Virus record (IMG/VR): IMGVR_UViG_3300018036_000004
Coordinates: 1-64,000 of that record
Strand: one strand, 5' to 3'
DNA: 64,000 nucleotides
Origin: a virus
A program made the position numbers and the translations under genes. Positions 38,163 through 47,300 of the stretch are shown here, in pieces. The notes under the pieces are model-generated. The model ran no database searches. It was not told the DNA's origin and saw nothing but the letters and a program-made list of their open reading frames with translations. The first letter of the stretch is position 1, and the number at the start of each line of letters is the position of its first letter.

Positions 38163-38765
38163 ATGACAAAGACAAATAGAAAAACAACAAGAGACTGGAT
38201 GAAAACTAGTCGGTATGAATATGAGTGTAATGACTTAACTGTTAACATAATGTTAGCTGCTAACATTATGTGTAAGTCTACTGGTTGGAACAACCCACAT
38301 CGTATGAAAACTTTATGGGACCGTACTAGTAAGAATGGTCGTGGTGTGGAAAACACAAACAGTATAATCACCATACAACGATCCAAGCGTAACGAGTTTT
38401 CCCGAGGACATTGTGAGTCCTTAGTAGGGTACGGTTTTAACCACGGCTACAAAAGAGTTCATGTGTCGGGAGCTAAAACAAACTTAGGACACACATTGGT
38501 TATTTTGTTACATGAACTGTGTCATGCTGACCAAGGTAATCTCCCTACTATTAATGGTAAGACACGACCACACGACTTACCTTTTAATATACAACAGTAC
38601 AAGATGGCTCGTAAGTGGTGGGGTTACACTACTCATCCCGAGGATGCCGGATGGTCCATTGGTAAAGGGTACGCTCCCACTAAACATTTAAGGGTTTGGT
38701 TAGAACAAAAGATAGTAGACCAAGACCCAAAGGTTATGGCTTGGTTAAAAAAGATTGTCTTTTAA
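38163..38765 (+). CDS. SprT-like HExxH metalloprotease domain protein
   Basis: ILLHELCHA followed by PHDLPF. Confidence 0.65.
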   Translation: MTKTNRKTTRDWMKTSRYEYECNDLTVNIMLAANIMCKSTGWNNPHRMKTLWDRTSKNGRGVENTNSIITIQRSKRNEFSRGHCESLVGYGFNHGYKRVHVSGAKTNLGHTLVILLHELCHADQGNLPTINGKTRPHDLPFNIQQYKMARKWWGYTTHPEDAGWSIGKGYAPTKHLRVWLEQKIVDQDPKVMAWLKKIVF

Positions 38766-38816
38766 ACTCTCTTTTGTAATTCCGTTTCCTATATATATTT
38801 GTGGAAGGGATACCAC
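38766..38816 (+). promoter_or_regulatory. promoter cassette copy 18
   Basis: ACTCTC-N14-TTCCTATA-N7-GTGG-N8-CCAC. Confidence 0.8.
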
Positions 38817-38862
38817 TTTAAAAAATAGGACCCACTTACTTACAATGCTAATGGAGCACATC

Positions 38863-39132
38863 ATGGTCGATATGACATATGAACAACAACTCAATCTTAA
38901 AACCCTTAAGACTTTGGACTTGGAAGTCTTTAACTTGAAAGTACAGTTTAAAGACTTACTACAACAACAAGGATGCCACCCGGTAGCCATTAAAAGTTTC
39001 TTTGAAGGTATGATAACTACTTCTGAAGTGATTAGACATACACCAAGTCCTACTATGGAAACCTATGAAGTAGGTTTGGAACTTACAGAGAAACAAAACA
39101 GCTTGAACACTTACAAAAAACTTTGTAAGTAA
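38863..39132 (+). CDS. hypothetical protein
   Basis: GGAG RBS before ATG 38863. Confidence 0.55.
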   Translation: MVDMTYEQQLNLKTLKTLDLEVFNLKVQFKDLLQQQGCHPVAIKSFFEGMITTSEVIRHTPSPTMETYEVGLELTEKQNSLNTYKKLCK

Positions 39133-39195
39133 ACTACAACACAAGGTTGGTTGGTACTAGTATCAATCAACCTTACTTTATGGAGAATACCTATC

Positions 39196-39432
39196 ATGGT
39201 TAACAATACAGAAGACACTACAGCTTTGAAACAATGTGTTAAGATTATGAGTTCTACCGAACCTCAAGACTTGGACCAAGAACAAGCAGACTTTATGTTT
39301 GATACAATACAAGCATACAACGATGAAGATCGTATGTTTGATCCCGTATTGGATTGTGCCTTGTCTGACTTAGAAGCCTTCTTGGATAAAGCCGGTTCGT
39401 TAGAACAAGAGATTACTGAAGACAACGCTTAA
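39196..39432 (+). CDS. hypothetical acidic protein
   Basis: GGAG RBS before ATG 39196. Confidence 0.6.
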   Translation: MVNNTEDTTALKQCVKIMSSTEPQDLDQEQADFMFDTIQAYNDEDRMFDPVLDCALSDLEAFLDKAGSLEQEITEDNA

Positions 39433-39452
39433 CCCTATACCCTATACACATT

Positions 39453-39499
39453 AAGGCCTATACAGTACCTATACACTGTATAGGCCTTCTTTTGTTTTT
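39453..39499 (+). terminator. intrinsic terminator
   Basis: AAGGCCTATACAGT..ACTGTATAGGCCTT followed by a T tract. Confidence 0.75.
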
Positions 39500-39568
39500 T
39501 ACCTAGGTCCTTACATACCTATATACCTACAACACTATTAAACCTCAAATACGGGTACCCTATATACC

Positions 39569-40156
39569 ATGAACATCTTTACAATAGAATATAAGAATAT
39601 ACCTACACTAGATAATAAACATAAAGTAGAAATAGATTGGATTAGATCTGGCCAAACACAAGACGACCTAAGAACAGTTAAGATGGTAACTGAAACTACC
39701 CAACTACTATGTACAGCTGTTAATCTAAATGTTGGTAAACAAGTTACTAGATATAAAACAGCCCACCAACACCACCCATGCTCTAAATGGACTAGACACT
39801 CTTACATGAACTGGTGTAACTTACTTACTCATGGTATGGCCTTATCCTTTGAATACACAAAAAGATTTGGTAAGATACATAAGTGTCATGACGTACTACT
39901 ACAGCTTAACCAATGGAACTTGTTTGGGTTTAACAATACAACACTAGAAGACATATTCCCTAACTATAACTCTACGCCTGTATACCTATGTATACCTGAA
40001 GAATACATAAGAGAAAACGATCCAGTACTATCCTATAGACTATTCTATACCAGTAAACCTAGAATGAGATACAAAAGACAACAACCACCTACTTGGTTTA
40101 CGGAGATGAGAACACTACCCTATGAGTCTAGTACAGGTGTGTTAATACCTTCCTAA
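39569..40156 (+). CDS. pyrimidine-dimer DNA glycosylase-like (DenV family) protein
   Basis: MNIF...KM..E..QLLCTA..YK..H..HPC..W.R.S..N...L..EY..RFGK.HK. Confidence 0.75.
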   Translation: MNIFTIEYKNIPTLDNKHKVEIDWIRSGQTQDDLRTVKMVTETTQLLCTAVNLNVGKQVTRYKTAHQHHPCSKWTRHSYMNWCNLLTHGMALSFEYTKRFGKIHKCHDVLLQLNQWNLFGFNNTTLEDIFPNYNSTPVYLCIPEEYIRENDPVLSYRLFYTSKPRMRYKRQQPPTWFTEMRTLPYESSTGVLIPS

Positions 40157-40301
40157 ACCAACCTGATGGGATTTTTCCTACAGAACTGCACCATTAACTT
40201 CCGAATGAGTACGGACTACCCAATTCTCGTACATTAGATGTGTATTGAAAATTCAAAAGTAAATCCTAACGGTATTTAAACTAGGGATCTAAAGTCCAGT
40301 G

Positions 40302-40342
40302 TTATGTTGTATGTATTATGTTGTATGTATTATGTTGTATGT
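40302..40342 (+). repeat. tandem 14-bp repeat TTATGTTGTATGTA x3
   Basis: Units at 40302, 40316 and 40330 in non-coding DNA. Confidence 0.9.
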
Positions 40343-40565
40343 GTACTGTGTGTAAGTCTTACTGTGTTCAAAGTATACCTCAAAACCTTTTAGTCCATTA
40401 TTTATAAGAAATTGGTTTTGTAAGTGTAATTAGTGAATGGTGGAAATTGTTGTTATATAATTTTGCAAAGCTTTTTCCGATCGGGGGATTATGTACATAA
40501 ATAGTTTATCCGTATGTATAGGGTGTATTATTATGTACGACTTTAATAAGGAGTTTTAATATGGC

Positions 40566-40769
40566 TTGGAAAATAAAATGATGCAAAACTTTATTAACAA
40601 ACTTCCATACAGTCTTAGATGGACAACCCATAATTTAGTAGCACATCCAGCATTAGAAGTACTATACTTACTATCCATTCTTTTTAAATATCCCAAGTTG
40701 AATGATTGGGGAAATCGATTACACGATTGTACAATACCAAAACATGAAAAAGGGTCTGGGAGGGGTTGA
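40566..40769 (+). CDS. conserved phage hypothetical protein
   Basis: W..HNLVAHP..E.....G..LHD.T.P. Confidence 0.55.
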   Translation: MENKMMQNFINKLPYSLRWTTHNLVAHPALEVLYLLSILFKYPKLNDWGNRLHDCTIPKHEKGSGRG

Positions 40770-41098
40770 TGGCTAAGTTATTCTATTTACAAAGAACAGA
40801 AGACGAGTCTGGTGTTAGTGGTACGGGTAAGATAGCCCAAGGTGTTATCTTTGATAATGGGAAAGTAGCTCTAACCTGGTTGTCAGATCATCCTAGTGTG
40901 TCAATGTATGACAATATAGGGGATGTTAGAGTTATACATGGGCATGAGGGTAAAACAGAAGTGGTAATGGAACAAGATTGGAAAAGATCTTTTCAAGAGT
41001 TAAAGTCTGCTTTACATAACTTTGATATGGTAAGTGTAATGAAAGGTTGTGTACCGGAAGGCAGTGAAACAAAGGATTTATTAGATAAACACAAGTGA
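40769..41098 (+). CDS. conserved phage hypothetical protein
   Basis: F.L.R..D.SGVSGTG.IA.GV.F..G..A..W...HGH.G.T. Confidence 0.7.
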   Translation: MAKLFYLQRTEDESGVSGTGKIAQGVIFDNGKVALTWLSDHPSVSMYDNIGDVRVIHGHEGKTEVVMEQDWKRSFQELKSALHNFDMVSVMKGCVPEGSETKDLLDKHK

Positions 41099-41508
41099 TA
41101 GGAGTAAGTATGTCACAAATCAAGGTTGTAGTAGAATTAAACATAGATGAGGAAGGTAACATTCAGACTTTACATTATCCGTTAGATGAAGAAAACGAGA
41201 AGATGTTGAATGCCTTACCTGCTGGAGGTTTACCTCATTTATCTCAGTCGTTAATGATCGAGTCTTTTAAAAGGGAAGCGTATGTTTCTTTTGTGTCTGT
41301 ATTAAGTCAAGGTACCGCCATAGAGGATATACATCCAGAGGAAGTCAAACAAGTATGTAGGGGTCGTTTTGATAAGGCTTTAGATAAGTACTTGGGTGCT
41401 ATTTGTGGAATGGTTATGTTGGAACATATGCCACAAACAGAAGAAGCCTCTGACAGTGAACCAGAGGCTTCAAGTGGGGAAGAAGTAGATACGATTAGTT
41501 TCGACTAA
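41095..41508 (+). CDS. hypothetical protein
   Basis: AGGAG RBS (start probably 41110). Confidence 0.6.
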   Translation: MIGVSMSQIKVVVELNIDEEGNIQTLHYPLDEENEKMLNALPAGGLPHLSQSLMIESFKREAYVSFVSVLSQGTAIEDIHPEEVKQVCRGRFDKALDKYLGAICGMVMLEHMPQTEEASDSEPEASSGEEVDTISFD

Positions 41509-41792
41509 GTATCTGTAGACATTACATAAGGTTGGATAGATTCTTGTAAGGCTTGCAAGTTAACAGTATAGTTTTCAGGTGTATCGCTATCCAGCCTGTT
41601 TTGTATTAAGTGTTTAAGGTTACTAGGGTTTAAGTTATCTAGTAGAACATGACCAAGTAGTAGGACATCTTTTTGTTCTAACTGTATAGTCTTAATGTCG
41701 TACTCAGAAGTATTTGTAGGTAGGTCTATACTATCAAAGACCAGTTTAAAGTTATTTGTATTGTGTTTACTTGTAACAAGGTATAGTGTCAT
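41505..41792 (-). CDS. hypothetical protein
   Basis: AAGGAG RBS; TAATG coupling. Confidence 0.55.
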   Translation of the reverse strand: MTLYLVTSKHNTNNFKLVFDSIDLPTNTSEYDIKTIQLEQKDVLLLGHVLLDNLNPSNLKHLIQNRLDSDTPENYTVNLQALQESIQPYVMSTDT

Positions 41793-42055
41793 TATTTCTC
41801 CTTACCGGATCTACATTTAGAACACCAAGATTGTGGTATTTTCTTGCCGTTAATAGTTCTCCAACCAAAGTGTTCTTCTACAGTATCAAAGAGTTCACAG
41901 TTAGGACATTTAGTATATGTACTGTAAAAGTTTTGAATTCTGTCTTCTACATCAGTAAGAACTTGTTTCACTTTAGTTTTGTGTGGTACTGTTAAAGTAA
42001 CAGTAATAGTATCTTTGTTTCGAATAGTAGTAATTTGATGCATATTCACCTCCAT
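41792..42055 (-). CDS. zinc-ribbon protein
   Basis: CPNC....FGWR.....PQSWC..CR. Confidence 0.7.
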   Translation of the reverse strand: MEVNMHQITTIRNKDTITVTLTVPHKTKVKQVLTDVEDRIQNFYSTYTKCPNCELFDTVEEHFGWRTINGKKIPQSWCSKCRSGKEK

Positions 42056-42082
42056 ATTTATATACTGTAAAGTTGTGTGTGT

Positions 42083-43336
42083 TTATAGGTTTCTACTTCC
42101 AATACTGTCGGGTAGTTCTGGATAAAGTTCTTTGAGTTTACAATAGAATATATAAGTGTGGGCATATTCCCAAGGCTTACCTCTAGGTGTTAAGTATTGT
42201 GTTTCATTTAAGTGTTGACTTAAGTCTTCCATAGAGAAAGAAGGATTAGTTTCCACAAAAGCTTTAACAATTTTGTGTATACATTGATAGTAGTAGGCTG
42301 TGGGTGTCATACCTACTTTTTCACAGTTACGAAGAACAGACATAGCGGACATACAAAACATCCCCGCCAGTTCATCGTATCTAATTGGGTGTGTTTGACT
42401 TTCAAGAATACTTATTAGTTTGGTTTTAAAAGTAGTGTCTAACAAGTATTGTTTAACAGCGTCGTTATGGTTCTTAATTAAAGGTTGTAGTAATCCGTTA
42501 AGGTTTTCTACACTCTTGTATAAAGTCTGGTCATCACACAAAGATGGAAGAATGTCTTTTATATCTTTTATTGTAATAGTGTGTGTTAAAGGTAAAGTGC
42601 TTATATACTTCTGTATTCTAGGTAGTAGTACGGTTACATCTTGTTTTTGAATACAGATACCATGTTTATTACAAAGGATTGTAACGGACCATCGACCAAA
42701 GGACTTACCGTTTTTATTAGTATAGCCGGCTTCGTTTAGTTTCTTAGTAATCTCAGCATATGTCAAAGGTTGTTGTTCTAACAAGGATTTAATATAAGTT
42801 ATGGATTCTGGGTCTTCTAGTTTAGGTTGTTCCTGTTGAACGATAACACTATCCTCAAAGTTGATGTTAGTAACATCTGGTAGTAAGGTATAAGGATTAA
42901 ACACTTGAGGGTCAAACTCACAGATTTCCTCTATTGGTGTAGGTTGTATCTTTCTAAGACTTTGAACAGCCACAACACCTTTAACAGTTTGTACACCTCT
43001 AGTTTGTAGATAATAATTCAAACCATTACTAGACCAAGGTTTACCTTGAGTATTAGTAATTCTTAAACTGTTTAGAATGGAACAAAGTGTATTGCTAGAT
43101 ATAAGTGTTTTACCATGTTCTTCCAAAACTAAACTCAAGTCTACTAAGGGTGCGTCTATAAGGAAACTTAAAACTCTTTTTCTTTTAGGTAATGAGTTCT
43201 TAGTACGCATATAGTGAATAGTCTGTTTAGACACTTGTTTACCAAAAGACAACAGTTTAACCATGTCTTGGTCTTTATAGCCTTGTAGTGTATACTTCAG
43301 GATCTCAGTTTTTTGTTGTAAGTCCAGTTCTACCAT
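42083..43336 (-). CDS. multi-HTH DNA-binding protein with recombinase-type winged-helix repeats
   Basis: LNSLRITNTQGKPWS, LNEAGYTNKNGKSF, LNETQYLTPRGKPW; no catalytic serine domain. Confidence 0.65.
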   Translation of the reverse strand: MVELDLQQKTEILKYTLQGYKDQDMVKLLSFGKQVSKQTIHYMRTKNSLPKRKRVLSFLIDAPLVDLSLVLEEHGKTLISSNTLCSILNSLRITNTQGKPWSSNGLNYYLQTRGVQTVKGVVAVQSLRKIQPTPIEEICEFDPQVFNPYTLLPDVTNINFEDSVIVQQEQPKLEDPESITYIKSLLEQQPLTYAEITKKLNEAGYTNKNGKSFGRWSVTILCNKHGICIQKQDVTVLLPRIQKYISTLPLTHTITIKDIKDILPSLCDDQTLYKSVENLNGLLQPLIKNHNDAVKQYLLDTTFKTKLISILESQTHPIRYDELAGMFCMSAMSVLRNCEKVGMTPTAYYYQCIHKIVKAFVETNPSFSMEDLSQHLNETQYLTPRGKPWEYAHTYIFYCKLKELYPELPDSIGSRNL

Positions 43337-43413
43337 ATGTTCTCCTGTGGTTAGATACAGATATATACTAAAACACAAGAAAAAATTATAGGTTATTTTA
43401 TATTTTTAAAAGT

Positions 43414-43659
43414 CTAGTTAACATACACCACTGTATCCCAAGGACCTAAGTGTTCTGGTGTAAGTACTACTCTATACTTACAATCTAGTAAGACAGTGTT
43501 CCAAGTGTCACTGTCAATCACCATTTGTGTAGAGAAGGGTATTCCTAAGTTTAATTGTAGACAGCACACATACATAAACAATACCAAGTCTTCACACTCG
43601 AATTGTTTTAAATAGGCTGTGCCGTCTATTACGGTATATTGAAACTGTAGGAATCTCAT
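43414..43659 (-). CDS. hypothetical protein
   Basis: 81 aa ORF. Confidence 0.45.
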   Translation of the reverse strand: MRFLQFQYTVIDGTAYLKQFECEDLVLFMYVCCLQLNLGIPFSTQMVIDSDTWNTVLLDCKYRVVLTPEHLGPWDTVVYVN

Positions 43660-43780
43660 TCATCATTTATTGTATTAGTATTATCATATTTAATAAACAA
43701 ATTAAAGGACCCACAACCTATAAACTTTTCCCTTAGGTTGGGGTCCTTAGTAGTATTGTAGTTTATAACTGGGTTTAAAG

Positions 43781-44254
43781 TTATAATAAAACTTTGTAGT
43801 CTAGTGTAATGTAACCCTCGACATAAAAACCACCATCAATGTCAAAAGCTGAGTAAACATCTAAGGATGTATATTCTGTGTCTTCTAACTGTTCGTTTAA
43901 TATGTTCTCCACAAAACCAACAGCTTCCCTCTCACTTATATCGTAGACCTTGGTGTTAACAACAACACCCATTGGATAGTTATAATCTAAACGGGCCTCT
44001 ATAGTAGTATCTGAGTCTACATAAACATCTGACACAAGGTATTGTATACCTAAAGCTTTCTTTTGTAGTAAGGTACTAAAACCTCTATTACTCTGGTAGA
44101 GTTGTAAGAAGTATTTATTTAAGTCCTTTTCAGACATACCTAAAGCTTCAGCTAATACAATTGCTTGTTTTAGATGGGAGGAGGATCTGTCTCCGTTCCA
44201 GTTATTAAAAGTCTCTTGGAAAACTTGATCTAATTTTGGATCAATTTTGGTCAT
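43781..44254 (-). CDS. hypothetical protein with N-terminal tag helix
   Basis: HLKQAIVLAEALGM; AAGGA RBS. Confidence 0.65.
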   Translation of the reverse strand: MTKIDPKLDQVFQETFNNWNGDRSSSHLKQAIVLAEALGMSEKDLNKYFLQLYQSNRGFSTLLQKKALGIQYLVSDVYVDSDTTIEARLDYNYPMGVVVNTKVYDISEREAVGFVENILNEQLEDTEYTSLDVYSAFDIDGGFYVEGYITLDYKVLL

Positions 44255-44304
44255 ACTAGTAATCCTTGTTTTGTTAATTTATCTTCTACAATTTTATAAA
44301 CAAA

Positions 44305-44337
44305 TAAAAAGGGGGGTCCTTTTACAAGACCCCCCTT
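44305..44337 (-). terminator. intrinsic terminator after tail sheath
   Basis: GGGGGTC stem followed by a T tract on the minus strand. Confidence 0.75.
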
Positions 44338-44360
44338 AGTTCAGGTTCCTTTAGTTCGGT

Positions 44361-47300
44361 TTACAAACTAGAACGAACATTGAAAGTAATTACAATGTAG
44401 ATCAATGGGAACACTGGTTGGTAGTAGGCTTCCACTTCGATAGCCGTTGCATCCGTTTCAGATACTTTAGCACTAGCAGGAATAAAGGTAGCAATAATTT
44501 GGTTACCCACAAGTCCTTTAAGAGTAGCGTTTAACTGACCCTCGATTTGACTTGTAATCCCTGGTAAGAACTTAATACCAATGAAACGATCCAAAGTAGC
44601 ACGGGCTTGTCTTTGAACTTCATCTGCAATAGTAATAACAGAAGGAGTTCTAGACAAAGTGTTAGTCATGTCTGTTGTAAGACCGTGACGAACAGAAATA
44701 ACCTGTCTGTCTTGTCCAATAACAGTCACACCTCTAACGGCCACTTGGTTTTGTGCTACAGCATCTAACTTACGAGCAACTTCATCAAATCCAACAATAC
44801 GACCACGAGTCCAAGGAGTCGCAACATCAATTGTAGGACTTGCTCTGTTACCAGCCCAAGCGGCTGCTACATAAGTACCATCCACCAAGTAAGACTTAAC
44901 AGAACCATCCGCTGCAGTTAAAGACAATGTAACAATGTCCGGATACATAATTCTCAAACGAGAACGTTTAACGGCTTCTGCTATATTACCGACCTGTCTA
45001 GGTTGTGTTCCAGCACTAACACCAACAATCGCAGTTCTTTCCGCACGATAACGAATAGAACTTTGAATGTCACAATGTCTAGCCAAGTATTGGAACATTG
45101 GTAAACTATCACCCCGCATAGGAACAATGTAGTTAGGATAAATACCACCAGGTAAAGACCCTTCTACTTCATCGATAGCCTTAATGTAAGCGTCAATAGA
45201 AGCAGAGTCCGGAGTACCATCGTTGTTAATGTCTTCATCCTTTTCTACTTGTTTAATAGCAATGATTACGGCACCATTCAAGAACGCTAAGTAAGCACCT
45301 AAGGAAACAGGATTAGAAGGAGTCTTTTCACCAAACGCTTGTTCTACAGTCGCTTGTTTAGTGTAAATCTGACTACTAAAATCTTGTTTACGATAGTTGT
45401 ACGACACATAGTAGATGTCTCCTACACTAGGTTCATTTCCACCACTTGCATAAGTAGTAACAACAGCCGAGTCTCCAACATTAACACCTAAAGTATTAGA
45501 AACAATTGTTTCTACTCCCGGTAAAGTATTAATAGGAAGATTGGAGTCTGTTGTAACAACCTTACGAAGTTTGAAAGTGAAACTTTCACCTGTAGGATAA
45601 CTAGCGCCACCAGGTCTTGGTAAAACAGTAAAAGTCAAACCAGTAACTAAGTCACGATAGGTTTGTCCAACATTACCATCTTGTCCATTACCACTATTAA
45701 GTACAGAAGTATTAGCTGAACCCGAACCGTCAATAGGATCAGAAGATGTAACATAGAAACCATCTATGGATGGTTCACCAACATTACCTTCTCCACCAGT
45801 AACACCTAATCCAGTACCAGGTCTTGTTACAGAGTCTACAGCGGCTTCTACAATAGCAATAGAACTAGAAGTTCCAACACCAGAAGTACCTAAACTTTGT
45901 AAGTACAAGAACTCTCCACCAACACTATCACGAATAGTTTTAGCAATACCCACTTTAGTAAAGTAAGCAGACGCACCACCATCTGCCCAGTCGATTAAGT
46001 GCAATGCTATAGACGCTTGGTCGTGTGCCAAAAGAGCACTAACCAATGTTTCCACTTCTACAACAGTTCTAAATACTTGTTCACCGGTATTGAATCCAAG
46101 TGTGTCGTTAGCAGAACCATTACCAATAGTAATAGAAGCATCTGAACTAGAACTAGCACCACGGAAACGGATACCCACACCTTCTTGCATTACCAATCCA
46201 CTAGCCAAACCTTGAGCAACCATGGCCGCTTGGATTTGGTTTAAGACTGTATTCGCTGTACCAATAGGACCTAAAGGAACATCTGCAGATGTTGTAATAG
46301 CACCGCCAGTACCGTCTGTAAACTCAATAGTTACAGGTACACCTTCGAAAGTAAACTTAAAGATGTTACTTTGTGGGTTAGTTGAACTTGGACCATAGAA
46401 AGTTACTAAAGGTTGTCCACTACCGTCTTGTCCACCTTCAAGTCCAATGTGTGAACTAATAGTAGGTTCCATAACTGTACCACGAATACCACTAACACCA
46501 ATTTCGTTAGAAGTAAGACCACAGTTATTGTTTCCACTACCACCTAAGACTTGAATAAAGGCTTGGTCTTGAACATATTGTCCATCCATAGAACCAGATT
46601 TTCCAGGTACAAGGCGGTTACGAAGAATAAGTCTATCATAACGCTTTTGTCCTGAGGCACCTGTAAGTGAGAACACACGAGCAATTTTACCATTAACAAG
46701 TTTGGCTTGTCCACCTTGTGCACTGTCAGTATCGAAACCTGCTAACACAGCAAAGTCACGAGCAGGAGTTCCATTAGTTACAAACTCCAAGAAACCACCG
46801 TCAGTATCTGTATGATCTGGAATCAAACTAAATACTAATCTTCCACTAGTATCGGCTTCTACTGTAATAATACAGGAAAGACCCGCTACACCAACTGCTG
46901 TGTTTACTGCAGTTTGAATAGCAGATACTAAGTCACTTACAGAACCATAAGTACTTGCGGGAATTGTGACAGAGATTGGAACAGAACCTTTAACGGAACC
47001 AGTGTAGTTAAGTTCAATTTGATCAAACTCACTCGCACTGATAACAGTAGGAGCCAAGAACTGTGTTACTCCAGTAATACTAGGAGCAGCATCTGGATTG
47101 TACAAGTGGAATACAGAAGTAGCATCGAAAGTACCACCATCAAGTGTTAACACACCATTAACAGAGGCTGTAACAGTTCTAACTGTAGTACTTACACCAG
47201 TACCTCCTGTACACACAAGTTGCCAGCCTGCATACAGATTATCTGTATCACAAGGCATTTCCGAAGCGGGAATTGTAAGTGTGTTAAGACCACCCGCACT

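Noticed and set aside
18463-38816. Recurrent ~50-bp motif as a CRISPR array or integron attC sites
   Set aside because: Spacing is irregular (0.1-4 kb), copies are degenerate and oriented with transcription, there are no GTTRRRY ends, and no cas or integrase gene is in the window.
30123-38862. ORF-track frames crossing the cassettes (30123 +, 34748 +, 36236 +, and the 5' extensions of 36335 and 38755)
   Set aside because: They translate the regulatory motif or are antisense to real genes; SD-bearing starts lie downstream.
40160-40290. Hammerhead ribozyme (CTGATG...GAAA)
   Set aside because: The core reads CUGAUGG rather than CUGANGA, and I could not build the three stems.
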